Shown here: in pieces, positions 1 to 10,189 of the stretch
How the letters are laid out: each line of letters opens with the position of its first letter
Numbering within the stretch: position 1 is the first letter of the stretch
Origin: Nitrosopumilus sp.
GTDB lineage: Archaea > Thermoproteota > Nitrososphaeria > Nitrososphaerales > Nitrosopumilaceae
Reading direction: 5' to 3'
Assembly (NCBI GenBank): GCA_965207445.1
Contig: CBDBLX010000002.1
Location: 1,207,849-1,271,848, forward strand
DNA: 64,000 nt
Made by a program: the position numbers and the translations under genes
Notes under the pieces: generated by a model
What the model saw: only the letters and a program-made list of their open reading frames with translations
What the model was told of the DNA's origin: nothing
Databases searched by the model: none

Positions 1-247
1 GAAGTCTGTCTTGATAAGTTTAAAATTCAAAACACGAGAACAGTCTGTTTGAGAACGACTCTAGAAAGACTGGAACTCTACCTCTGCTTCTCTGAGACTG
101 TTCTTCCTCCTACAATAATGATTGAATCTTAAAATCATTTCTTCGAAAAGAGATGGTATGATTGTTTGGTATTGCTTATTTTGATTTTTATATATTCTTA
201 TAATGTATTAATTGTGTAAAAGGTCTAATGTTACATGCAGTGACAAT

Positions 248-1504
248 CTAAACACTTGTTATCTTTTCTATTCGTATCTTTTTTGGAATGTTATCTGATA
301 CTTCTTCGACTGTTATCTGTACACAGTCTACCTTTATCTTGTCACCTTTTTTTGGTATATCTTGCAATTGCTCATGAAGTAATCCATTGAGTGATGCATA
401 ATCGTCTCCTTCTGGTATTTCAGAGTGAAATATGCCATTTATTGTGTCGATTTCTATGTCACCATTTGTGATTATTGTATTATCGTCTATTTTATCATAT
501 TCTAAACTACGTGTCTCATCTGATTCGTCTTCTATCTCACCTACAATCTCCTCTAAGAGATCTTCTAGTGTGACTAGTCCTTCAACTCCGCCATACTCAT
601 CTACGACTATGGCAATATGAATCTGTGTACTTTTCATCTTGCGTAAAAGTGAACTAATTGATTTTTCCTGAGATGCAAATATCGGCTTTCTTGCCATGGT
701 ATCTAATCGAACCATTTTGTCGTCTTTTTCCAACTCTTGTAAAACATCGCGTACATGAACAAATCCGACTATCTCATCAAGTGACTCACCATATATTGGA
801 ATGCGTGAGTGCCCACTCTGATTTATCTCTGGAAGCGCTTCAAAAAGCATCATCCTAGATCGTAGTGCAAACATCTTAATTCGTGGCGTCATTACTGTTC
901 TGATTACTTTATCATCAAAATTCAGTGCGCCGTGTAACATCTCACCTTCTTCTTTCTCTAGCGCTTTTTCTTTCATACCTTGCTCGATCACACCTCGAAT
1001 CTCCTCTGCAGTTATTGGAGGTGGTTCGTAGCTACTACCTGTTAATTTGACTACACGTTTTGTTATGGCTTCAAAAAACTTTACTATTGGATACATTGCA
1101 TAACTGAATCCTAACAATACTGGCGCGTACCGAAGTGCAATTTTAAGAGCATTAGCGTTACAGTATGTCTTTGGTGTAATCTCACCAAATATCAGTATAA
1201 GAAATGTCATTATACCTACAGCAATACCCAATCCTTCATCGCCAAATAATCTGAGTGCTACACTTGTTGCAAGCGCCGATGCACCTACATTAACTAGATT
1301 ATTTCCAAGATTGACACTAGACATCATCCATCCTGGATTGGTCTTTAAGCGATAGAGCGCCTTTGAGCCTTTTACTTTATCTTTGAACATCTGCTCTACT
1401 ACTGATATGCGAACTCCCACTAACGCAACCTCTAGTCCACTAAAGAATCCTGATAATCCCAGTAGTGATGCAAGTGCTACGATCTCTACCCAAAGTTCTA
1501 CCAT
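248..1504 (-). CDS. Hemolysin-family/CNNM membrane protein (DUF21 + CBS pair + CorC_HlyC), probable Mg/Co transport
   Basis: 418 aa ORF; N-terminal TM segments with FFSGLEVAL, GNNLVN and FGEITPK; CBS motifs MTPR, HSRIPIY and VVDEYGGVEGLVTLEDLLEEIVGEIEDE. Confidence 0.93.
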   Translation of the reverse strand: MVELWVEIVALASLLGLSGFFSGLEVALVGVRISVVEQMFKDKVKGSKALYRLKTNPGWMMSSVNLGNNLVNVGASALATSVALRLFGDEGLGIAVGIMTFLILIFGEITPKTYCNANALKIALRYAPVLLGFSYAMYPIVKFFEAITKRVVKLTGSSYEPPPITAEEIRGVIEQGMKEKALEKEEGEMLHGALNFDDKVIRTVMTPRIKMFALRSRMMLFEALPEINQSGHSRIPIYGESLDEIVGFVHVRDVLQELEKDDKMVRLDTMARKPIFASQEKSISSLLRKMKSTQIHIAIVVDEYGGVEGLVTLEDLLEEIVGEIEDESDETRSLEYDKIDDNTIITNGDIEIDTINGIFHSEIPEGDDYASLNGLLHEQLQDIPKKGDKIKVDCVQITVEEVSDNIPKKIRIEKITSV

Positions 1505-1746
1505 CTGTGTGTATTACTCCAGTTATTTTGTAATGGCACATCTGTAAATATACTGTTGTGTTGCATATGCTCCATTAAAAACTCCAACTCGTACTGTTGC
1601 AAGTATACTGTTGATAACAAACAATGAGTACAATCGTGTTGCGTTATTTTGGATATGGTGTCATGTTTCATGTTACTCTTTGACAACTATAATTGTATAA
1701 TGTGCCTAGTATATAACTTAAGTACGTGATCGTCGTAATCGTTCAG

Positions 1747-1825
1747 ATAACCGTTCAATTTTTTCCCGAATTTAAGCACAGATTTAGTCTAATGTCTAGC
1801 ACAGGCACAAGGGTTGAATGGTTAC
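1747..1825 (+). mobile_element. MITE-A copy (about 80 bp, degenerate)
   Basis: ataaccgttcaa...gggttgaatggttac; aligns with the 81-bp copy at 40191-40271. Confidence 0.75.
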
Positions 1826-2189
1826 TCTAAACGTTGTGTATGAGCTTATTGATAATTACATATTTAAATGAATTTAAAAGGTTTTAAAAGCACCGGCCGC
1901 CAAAGTATCATGTGCTCATTTCTAAAGATAAATTGCAACACTGCAAATTCAAAAATAGACAAATACAGTGGTAGGCTAAAAGTACCAATCTGTCATCTCT
2001 ATGTTTAATGTCCCGTCACATGTTAGCACACATGTGAATCAGAGCCCCGGCACCACATTTTTTTGACACTTTATCTTTTAAAAAATATGACAAATCTAAA
2101 TTACTGCGCATTTCTATACAAAGATGTCTGTTAAAAATTACCTAGCATAATTTTTTCGTTGTGCTAGAATTTATGAACATTGTTATGGC

Positions 2190-2478
2190 GTTGACCGTCC
2201 CCACACCAAGATTGCAAAGATCTTTGAGCTTGTCTTTTACAATATATGTTCCCGAAAGCAAGCAGAGTAAGATCTTAAAGTCGTATGTAGGTGGAAAATT
2301 AACACCTCCAAAGACAAGAGCATCTTTTATGGCCTTTTCTGCAGACTACTGGCACAGCAAGCAGACAAGTTCAGATGATTCTGGTTTTGTCTCCATGTAT
2401 GAAGCGTTTTTAAGATCTTTATTTGAGAATTGCATCCATCTCAATGCTACTTTTTTACATTATAATTATTTTTTTCAT
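2190..2478 (-). pseudogene. HEPN toxin pseudogene (module 1)
   Basis: ATG at 2478 overlaps the MNT end; translates to RWMQFSNKDL...CQ*SAEKAIKDAL with a frameshift and a stop; homologous to 61018-61452; distal end approximate. Confidence 0.75.
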
Positions 2479-2782
2479 ACACTGTCCGTCCTTCCCGAAG
2501 AGCCGCATAAGTTATGGTTCCCACCACGTCACCCTCACGTTCGATCTCACCTGGGGTGACCACTATAATGTCTATACTGATTGGCATGTCATCTAATGAG
2601 TCGAGAATCTCTATTGTGGTTTGGTACTTGTTTGGAATGTGATTTAACACAACCATTAGATCCGCATCACTAAATTCAGTTGTGTTACCTCGCACCTGAG
2701 AGCCAAAAAGTATGATGCGGGTTGGATGAAACTGTGCAACTATGCGATCAACCACAGATGGTATGAGTTCAGCGGTTGTCAT
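2447..2782 (-). CDS. Minimal nucleotidyltransferase (MNT) antitoxin, module 1
   Basis: 111 aa; IILFGSQVRG...SDADLMVV (GS-x10-DxD); paralog of 60714-61031. Confidence 0.88.
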   Translation of the reverse strand: MTTAELIPSVVDRIVAQFHPTRIILFGSQVRGNTTEFSDADLMVVLNHIPNKYQTTIEILDSLDDMPISIDIIVVTPGEIEREGDVVGTITYAALREGRTVYEKNNYNVKK

Positions 2783-3221
2783 ATTGTTTCATTCCCTCAG
2801 ATGACGGTGTCAATATATTATATCTTGAAAGTTTGGAGATCTCTGGCCTGCTCTGAACCGGCGCGTTGCAATCTTGGGATTCTTGCGCATAACTCTTTTG
2901 CTTGCACATGTAATAGAGTCGATATACCAGTTCTCTGGCACTCGTTGCATCAGAATCAAGTTTGGTCATTAGGTCCGCGGCCATGACTTTGCCCTTTTCA
3001 AGCACACGTGTCATGTGATGTGTAGCCTCCCATATTGTAAATCTCTTGTCCTGTCTGGGATCCCAATCTTTTGGCAGCTCTGCTAATAGACGCGTACCTG
3101 TTTGCCTTGTATTGGGTATCTTGTAGGTAAGATCTATTGTAGTGTTACCAAACCCCTTGATGACTATGACCATTACAGGACCATCTGATGAATATAAAAT
3201 TATATTATTGTTCAGGTACAT
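2769..3221 (-). CDS. Chimeric remnant ORF: helicase N-terminus fused to DUF1156-methylase C-terminus
   Basis: Near-identical to 5506-5976; ELPKDWDPRQDKRFTIWEATHHM...ARELVYRLY resembles the DUF1156 C-terminus; overlaps the MNT start. Confidence 0.55.
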   Translation of the reverse strand: MYLNNNIILYSSDGPVMVIVIKGFGNTTIDLTYKIPNTRQTGTRLLAELPKDWDPRQDKRFTIWEATHHMTRVLEKGKVMAADLMTKLDSDATSARELVYRLYYMCKQKSYAQESQDCNAPVQSRPEISKLSRYNILTPSSEGMKQYDNR

Positions 3222-3449
3222 CTTCTCTCAACATGGTTATCGCTACGCGTGAGCACACATCATAGTCATCCACATTAATCTTGATTTTTATTCCATTCTT
3301 TGATGTATGATCGTGCATATTGCAACATACTGTTATAATTTTGAACATAAAAATAATCATATTGTGATTTCCTGTAACGTTTTCACAATTGGACTTTGCT
3401 ACATGTAATTATTTCAGGCACGAAATCACAGAAATTCACTGTACCGAAA

Positions 3450-3534
3450 CTTATGCCCGTCGCTATAGATCTTGTTTTGAATACTGCAACCATCTCGATG
3501 CAACACATTCTACATTAGAGTTAGTTTTTTTCAT
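3450..3534 (-). pseudogene. Truncated HEPN 5' fragment (module 2)
   Basis: MKKTNSNVECVASRWLQYSKQDL* follows the MNT stop in the same arrangement as the other modules. Confidence 0.6.
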
Positions 3535-3617
3535 ACATAATCTTTCCATCTTGCAGAGCTTCATAAGTTATGGTTCCTATTACATCTCCTTCACGTTCTA
3601 TCTCTTCAGGTGTAACC

Positions 3618-5289
3618 GTGGTTGGTGCGTAATTCATCAAATCGCCACTTGCATCGTACTTGCAAAATCATCTGCAAATATCGCCAGAGTTTTATGTACA
3701 TATATTTAATAAGCTCATATATAAAAGTATATGCGCGCATACCAAAAGTTACTTATAGGGGCATCCCAAATGAATAATTGTAATGTCACCAAAGGGGATG
3801 CTAAACAACGTTGACTAGCCAATGTTATCAACGTATCGTTTGTGAAGTGTGGTGGAACGACGACATATGGTGGGTTGCCACAACATGCTATACTACACAG
3901 AATGTCGCCCATTACAATGCATGGTTTGTGATGAATGTGGCGCCTGCTTGTTGTTTGTGTAAATTTAGTGTGTGGGTTTCAAATAAGAACAAATCAAGGA
4001 GGCAGACCGTACAGTGACAGAGCAACACAAGCGACGCGAAGGTTACTGGCAGTATTACGAACAGGCACGCAAATCTGAGCCGGATTTTATGCGCAAGACC
4101 TTGCTGTCGGCGATACGAAAAAACCCACATCCGTGCAAGGAAAAGAAGACAAATAGAGGATGCAAGCCCGTACACTCGCGTGACAAGATGGATTTTTTGT
4201 GTCTTTTAAAAGTTGCAAAAAATATTCCTTTTCGTGATGTGGTAAATGAGCTTGGACATATGCATGATGAATGGGTTGACGAGACGAAGCCTGATTATAG
4301 TTGGGTAACCAAACATATGCAAACAATTGATCTCGACTGGCTTGATTCTATTTTAGCATATACTGCCAATATGTGTCTAGATGAACTTGAAAAATCTGGG
4401 ACAGATCCGGTACCGATAAAAGGTAAAGAGACCATACTTACGCACGGATCCGAGGATTTTGAGAGCGGTAAACAAGACGTAAAAAAAGGACCTACCGCTC
4501 CGATTGGGATAGACAGTAGTGGGGTAGAGACTGATAGGTACGAAAAACAAGAAAGACCTAATCATGTACTACAAGACTTTGAGCCGACACGCGTCAAGAC
4601 GTACCTAAAATATCACATTACTTCGATAACCGGACACCAGATCATACTTGCATCATACACAACTCCAAGCAATGTGAGTGACACGTCAATGCTTCCATAT
4701 ATGGTCAGCTTTCTCACAAAAAACTATACACGTATTGAAGAACGCTTATTCAACGGAGACAAGGGATACGACTCGGATCAAAACTGCGAGATAATATTCA
4801 ATGCAAACATGAAACCGAACATAAAGCAGCGCAATCATACAGATGGTGCAGGTCATACAAACCGTGGCAAACCAAGCAGAAAAAAGGCAGCGGAGATCTT
4901 TGACCAAGATGCATACAAACAACGCGCACTTATCGAGGCAATATTTGGAGCAGAAGAAACAAAGAATCACAGGCTACACTGTCGTATGCGTCTGGCCGAA
5001 AACAGAAAACGGTTTGGCAAAATACTATCGATTGCATGGAACATCAACGTCCTGAACAGATTTATCTGCGCTCATGAAAAAGGGCAAAAGATTCCATCAT
5101 ACGAATGATAGTGACTGCTATCACACTTGCACGTTTTATGTTCTATAATCTGTCTGCTAAAACACACATGCATATTCAAAAACGAAACGCACTATAGATA
5201 GGTTTCAGTCTTTTGTAGATTGAATGTGCAATAAACCAAGCTCACAGAAGGGTCACAGGCAGGCCTAATGTCAATTACGCACCAACCTC
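3618..5289 (+). mobile_element. IS5-like insertion sequence, complete (1672 bp)
   Basis: TIRs gtggttggtgcgtaatt / aattacgcaccaacctc; 9-bp TSD ggtgtaacc at 3609-3617 and 5290-5298. Confidence 0.9.
4014..5108 (+). CDS. DDE transposase (IS5/IS4 superfamily)
   Basis: 364 aa; IGIDSSG, NGDKGYDS and YKQRALIEAIF motifs. Confidence 0.88.
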   Translation: MTEQHKRREGYWQYYEQARKSEPDFMRKTLLSAIRKNPHPCKEKKTNRGCKPVHSRDKMDFLCLLKVAKNIPFRDVVNELGHMHDEWVDETKPDYSWVTKHMQTIDLDWLDSILAYTANMCLDELEKSGTDPVPIKGKETILTHGSEDFESGKQDVKKGPTAPIGIDSSGVETDRYEKQERPNHVLQDFEPTRVKTYLKYHITSITGHQIILASYTTPSNVSDTSMLPYMVSFLTKNYTRIEERLFNGDKGYDSDQNCEIIFNANMKPNIKQRNHTDGAGHTNRGKPSRKKAAEIFDQDAYKQRALIEAIFGAEETKNHRLHCRMRLAENRKRFGKILSIAWNINVLNRFICAHEKGQKIPSYE

Positions 5290-5505
5290 GGTGTAACCAC
5301 AATGATATCCTTGCCGACGGGTACATCCCTCAATAAATCATGAATCTCTACTGTAGTTTTGTACTTGTTTGAAATGTGGTTTAGGACAACCATTAGGTCT
5401 ACATCACTTGATTCATCTGTGTTTCCTCGTGCTTGGGAACCAAAAAGTATTATTTGACTTGGATGAAATCGCTCCACGATACGATCGACCATGACTGGTA
5501 TAAGT

Positions 5506-5976
5506 TCAGCGGTTGTCATATTGTTTCATTCCCTCAGATGATGGTGTCAATATATTATATCTTGAAAGTTTGGAGATCTCAGGCCTGCTCTGAACCAGCG
5601 CGTTGTAATACTGGGACTCTTGCGCATAATTCTTTTGCTTGCACATGTAATAGAGTCGATATGCCCGTTCTCTGGCACTCGTTGCATCAGAACCAAGTTT
5701 GGTCATTAGGTCTGCGGCCATGACTTTGCCCTTTTCAAGCACACGTGTCATATGGTGTGTAGCCTCCCATATCGTAAATCTCTTGTCCTGTCTGGGATCC
5801 CAATCTTTTGGCAGCTCTGCTAATAGACGTGTACCTTTTTGCCCTGTATCCGGTATCTTGTAGGTAAGATCTATTGTAGTGCTGCCAAACCACTTGACTG
5901 CTATGACTTCTACAGGACCATCTGATGATACCTCATTAACATATACGCCGACAGTCAGTTCTTCTAATCTTACCAT
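5506..5976 (-). CDS. Chimeric remnant ORF: SNF2-type helicase N-terminus fused in frame to DUF1156-methylase C-terminus
   Basis: MVRLEELTVG...VEVIAVKWFGSTTIDLTYK joined to ELPKDWDP...ARERAYRLYYMC...YNALVQS; overlaps the MNT start by 14 nt; family calls recalled from motifs. Confidence 0.6.
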   Translation of the reverse strand: MVRLEELTVGVYVNEVSSDGPVEVIAVKWFGSTTIDLTYKIPDTGQKGTRLLAELPKDWDPRQDKRFTIWEATHHMTRVLEKGKVMAADLMTKLGSDATSARERAYRLYYMCKQKNYAQESQYYNALVQSRPEISKLSRYNILTPSSEGMKQYDNR

Positions 5977-7352
5977 ACATATCATTGTCGGCATTCTACA
6001 TATTATTTCTTTGTCTATACTAATAGGAGGTACAAAGTAATTCATTTGAGTCCATCTAAAATCAAGATCATATATTATGAATATTTTGTAAATTAATTGA
6101 TCAATAAAAAATGAACAGGTATACTATGTGTCCTAGTTTACTTTCTGCCATTACTAATAGAATCTGCAACCACAATGATTTGAGGTCACTTTAGAACCTC
6201 GAATTTTTAATCTGCATGATCGATTGAGTCAAAACTACTGGCATCATATCCGGAGATGGCGGGACTGTTGGCCGAATACAACTGCAGATGGCGGGACTGC
6301 TGCCACGACGACAACAGAACCCAGACAGTAAGCATGTCTTTATCACTTGAATGAAAACAATGAGGAAGAAACCACTCTGGCTGAATTGAGTAGTTGTCAA
6401 CTGAGCCACGAATTGGCAGAGGCGCACGACATACTTGTCGACAGGCACGAATTCAAGTTCCAGTATACGACTCTCTTTGCACTCTCATCTCGTACCATAA
6501 TCTGAGTGGAAATCTTGTGTACATGATCCATACTATTCATTACATATGAACCATGTAAGTCAATAGAGGCCAACATAATCTGGGCGGAAATCTCATGTAC
6601 ACGGTCCATGCTATACCACCACACGGAGAGGGAATAGTTGATCTACTGGCCGGCAACATGGGATACAAGTTTGCAGTGGCCGACAAACCATCGACGGCTA
6701 CGATAGAGACGCTATTACAATTGCCCCCTGTACTGATGATGCTGGCCGTTAGAGGCTATACACAGATCATCTGCTCGACATAGCAGTGTAGACCAAAGCG
6801 TTTGTGGACTTGATGATAAAATCATCCGCGCATAATATCCTCATGTTAAATAATCGAACTATGATAAATTCTGAAGAATATGCTGCGCCTCGGCACGGTG
6901 GACATTGAGGATGTAAGGAGGTATGCAAGAACCGGCAAATGCACAAAGAAACTCGATTTACTTTTTAAAGCAAAGCCCAATCATAATAGCCTTAGCTAAC
7001 ATCTGGTAAATGCACCAAGAATCTCGATTTACTTCTTCAAGAGAGTTCAATGTAGTTGTGATGACAAAACAGCGTCACTTTGCTGACTTTTTTAGAATCT
7101 CAAAAACTCCAAGAGATAAAGGAGGAATATGACTTTGATCCTACTTTCTATATGTAGAGATACTCACAAGTTTTAGCGCAGATTAAAGTCACGAATCAAT
7201 TCTAAATAACTTGTGATCATTTTTAATATCTATTCGGCATGTCCACAAGTGTGGCGCGTAACTTTCCCTCCAAGGAGAAAAGTCAAAAATATGCCCATTT
7301 TTAGTTACATTATATAAAAAATTGAGCTTGTCTTGTTGTTAATTTAAAAGCT

Positions 7353-7580
7353 TTAATCAAATTCTGGAACAAAACTGCCTGCTTGCTCTGAATCGAGGGC
7401 TCCAAATACTATGCCTGACACTACATATATTGCCAATAGTGCTACTCCTAACAAAAGACAGTTTTTGGCCTTTGCAGGATCTTCATGTCGAAGCACAAAA
7501 TATGCGATAACACCGCCTGCAAGATTCAAGAATATCGGTAACAGAAACCACCACCGACTTCGAGTCTTTTCAATCTGCAT
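7353..7580 (-). CDS. Small membrane protein of thaumarchaeal type
   Basis: 75 aa with two hydrophobic helices; RSRWWFLLPIF...GGVIAYFVLRHEDPAKAKNCL. Confidence 0.75.
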   Translation of the reverse strand: MQIEKTRSRWWFLLPIFLNLAGGVIAYFVLRHEDPAKAKNCLLLGVALLAIYVVSGIVFGALDSEQAGSFVPEFD

Positions 7581-7633
7581 GTATATTGTTGGCGTATTTT
7601 GCTTTTAAGACTTGGTATGAATAGATATTTTTG

Positions 7634-8190
7634 GTAACTATTTTGCTTTTTAAAGCGCACACACACAAGGTAAAAAACCATGCGCATTTTTCTGATCATA
7701 ATGATCTCGGCATTATACATTCATATATAAACAAGTGGCAATAATAACGCGCAACTGATTATAATATGCAGATGGGCACAAACGATTCTGTAGTTTTTAG
7801 CCGGGTTTGCATGCCTTGCACAGCATATCCCAAAAGATCTCACCTCTGATCTTACCGGTTGCAAGTAGTGTGAATAATATTGAGTTGGCCTCCATACCAT
7901 GAGACGTTCTGTTTTCACCATCATTACAATCATTTTTTATGGATACAAATACTCGATTAGTTCATTCAACGTCATTGTTGTCTGGCCGCACACCCTTTAT
8001 GTGTAAAAAGGTATTCATGTTGTATCCTTTGCGTCTCCATCTCTCTCTTTTTTGAATCTGTTTATTATGCCTTTTTTGTCACTTGTCCAATCTTTTCCTT
8101 TGTCCAATCTTTATTCATTAATTGGGTAGTTGGCTGTCCAAAGAATATGCGGCCACTTGTCGTGTGTGAGGATCGTCCCGCCCCACACGC
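7634..8190 (-). mobile_element. IS66-family remnant (one terminus plus degraded 3' transposase)
   Basis: Terminus gtaactattttgcttttt; about 140 bp shared with 16690-16830; minus-strand fragments WPHIL, PDNND and ANSILFTLLATGKIRG. Confidence 0.65.
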
Positions 8191-8223
8191 TAATATAAAT
8201 AGCAGCAACGTCCGGTACGCGTC

Positions 8224-9711
8224 ATGACACGGCGCCAACGTATGACAAAGGCATCATCTGATAAAACTGGACAGAAATCCTCGCGTCTGAACATGGTGAT
8301 GGACATACGCGACTTTGGCCCCATAGCAAAAGCGTCAATCTCCCTCAAACCGCTTACCATATTTTGTGGCCCAAACAACTCGGGCAAATCCTATGCTGCG
8401 TTACTCTTACACTCCATCGTGTTGACATGCGCCCGGACTAGAAAGCGCGATCCATCCTTCTTCTCTTATGCGCCCCACCATTACGCGTCATACGACGTAA
8501 AGGGTATGATGGACAAGATGTCCAGATTAATCAATGCCAGAAAAGACGCGCAGATACCGGGAGACATAATCGATGCGATGGTCCGTGAGCATTTGGAGTC
8601 AGACGCCAAAATCATAAACCTCGAAATTGAGCGCAATTTCGGTGATACCCGTGACAAACTGATCCGAACGGGAAAAAGATCGTTTTTCGTGAAGATCGCC
8701 GTCAATGACGGAGTTGAGATTTGCATACACAGCAAGAAGAGTACAACTGTAAATTACCCCAAGATCCAGTTCAAGCGAGGTATAACGTTCAAAGATACAA
8801 GGCGCGGGCAGACTATTTCCATAGACGATAACTCGGATACATCCTCGTTGATTAGAGTTGATACCGCCGAATCCCCGGAGGAACAAGCACTAGACGTGAC
8901 TTATCATCTCAGATTTGCCATATCAAAGTACATGGATTACAAGCTGCCGTCAGCCTCGTTCTATATTCCTGCCGCAAGATCGGGCATTTTGCAAGGACAC
9001 CGGGCAATTACCTCGGGCATCGTCACCAATGCGACGTACGCGGGAGTAAAAGGAATGGAAATTCCCACAATGCCCGGAGCCATATCTGACTTTATATCGT
9101 CAATCATTGAAATGCCACCTTCCACGGGCCCGTTCAGTGACATTGCAAGCAGCCTCGAAGAGACCATACTGGATGGCAGGATCGGCCACACCACCGATGC
9201 CCGAACTCGGTTCCCTACGATTACGTATGATCACAACGACAGCGCGATGTCATTGCACCGGACATCGTCTACGGTGTCCGAGCTTGCAACCTTGGTTCTG
9301 TACCTCAAACACGTGGTCCGCGAGGGTGACCTTGTCATACTCGAGGAACCGGAGGCGCACCTGCATCCAGAGGCGCAGATGGTTCTGGCTCACCACATAG
9401 TAAAGATGATACGGAAGGGACTCAACGTGCTGATTACGACGCACAGTTTTTTCGTACAGAGCATACTGAGCCAATTCTTAATGAGCGGCAAGGACAACGC
9501 GGACACAAGCAAGAAACTCGGTTTTGACAGGGACGACTACCTGCTGGAGAATGAGGTGGCTCCCTATACCTTTGCAGTCTCAGACAAGGGCGGCAGCATC
9601 GCAAAACCCACAAAATTCTCCGCTGACAGCGGAATATCCCTAGATGAGTTCGTAAAAGTGATTGAAAAGATGCACCACAGGCGGATAATCATAGAACAGA
9701 ACGCATCGTAA
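8224..9711 (+). CDS. ABC-type/AAA_15-AAA_21 ATPase (often defence-associated), no partner gene
   Basis: Walker A GPNNSGKS, Walker B/D-loop ILEEPEAHLHPEAQ, H-loop ITTHS; TATA-like tataaat about 25 bp upstream; higher GC than flanks. Confidence 0.88.
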   Translation: MTRRQRMTKASSDKTGQKSSRLNMVMDIRDFGPIAKASISLKPLTIFCGPNNSGKSYAALLLHSIVLTCARTRKRDPSFFSYAPHHYASYDVKGMMDKMSRLINARKDAQIPGDIIDAMVREHLESDAKIINLEIERNFGDTRDKLIRTGKRSFFVKIAVNDGVEICIHSKKSTTVNYPKIQFKRGITFKDTRRGQTISIDDNSDTSSLIRVDTAESPEEQALDVTYHLRFAISKYMDYKLPSASFYIPAARSGILQGHRAITSGIVTNATYAGVKGMEIPTMPGAISDFISSIIEMPPSTGPFSDIASSLEETILDGRIGHTTDARTRFPTITYDHNDSAMSLHRTSSTVSELATLVLYLKHVVREGDLVILEEPEAHLHPEAQMVLAHHIVKMIRKGLNVLITTHSFFVQSILSQFLMSGKDNADTSKKLGFDRDDYLLENEVAPYTFAVSDKGGSIAKPTKFSADSGISLDEFVKVIEKMHHRRIIIEQNAS

Positions 9712-9984
9712 GTTTTCTACTTGTCATTTTCTTTGATCAATGACAAGTAGAAAAATATGCATTTAACATATCACAATAACAAAAGCTGATCACAGGTCAA
9801 TTAGTTGAGTAATTTTCTACCTAGATGCAAAAAATAATCAAACGTGTTTTCAACATTTTGGGCACTTTCTCACATATCGTCGTGTTTATCATTTAGATTT
9901 ACGTAAATTCGATCATAATGATGATCGGTGATCGCTATTGCTGTATCTGTATACATATTTACAAAATAGGGGTTGAATTGTTAC
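9710..9984 (-). mobile_element. Solo left end of the IS66 element at 36835
   Basis: Reverse complement aligns over about 275 bp with 36835-37107, ending ggggttgaattgttac. Confidence 0.85.
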
Positions 9985-10189
9985 TTTGCAAAAGTCATGT
10001 ATTGAAAATACTTGTACTAGAAACAGACCGTTTGAGTGGAATTAAGTATAATTTTAAACTTACATTTTTTTATAAGGTGACTATGAATATATGTTCTATT
10101 TGACTATTGAAAATCCATACCAGAGTACTTGATGCAAAAGTATTTTTATGAGCAGTGACACAAAACGTATTTTTTTGTACCTCTATAAT

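Larger units (their letters stand above)
3521..5519 (-). pseudogene. MNT antitoxin (module 2) split by an IS5-like insertion
   Basis: 5519-5290 plus 3617-3521, minus one TSD, gives 318 nt reading ...DIIVVTP|EEIEREGDVIGTITYEALQDGKIMYEKN*, the same length as the intact paralog 60714-61031. Confidence 0.9.
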
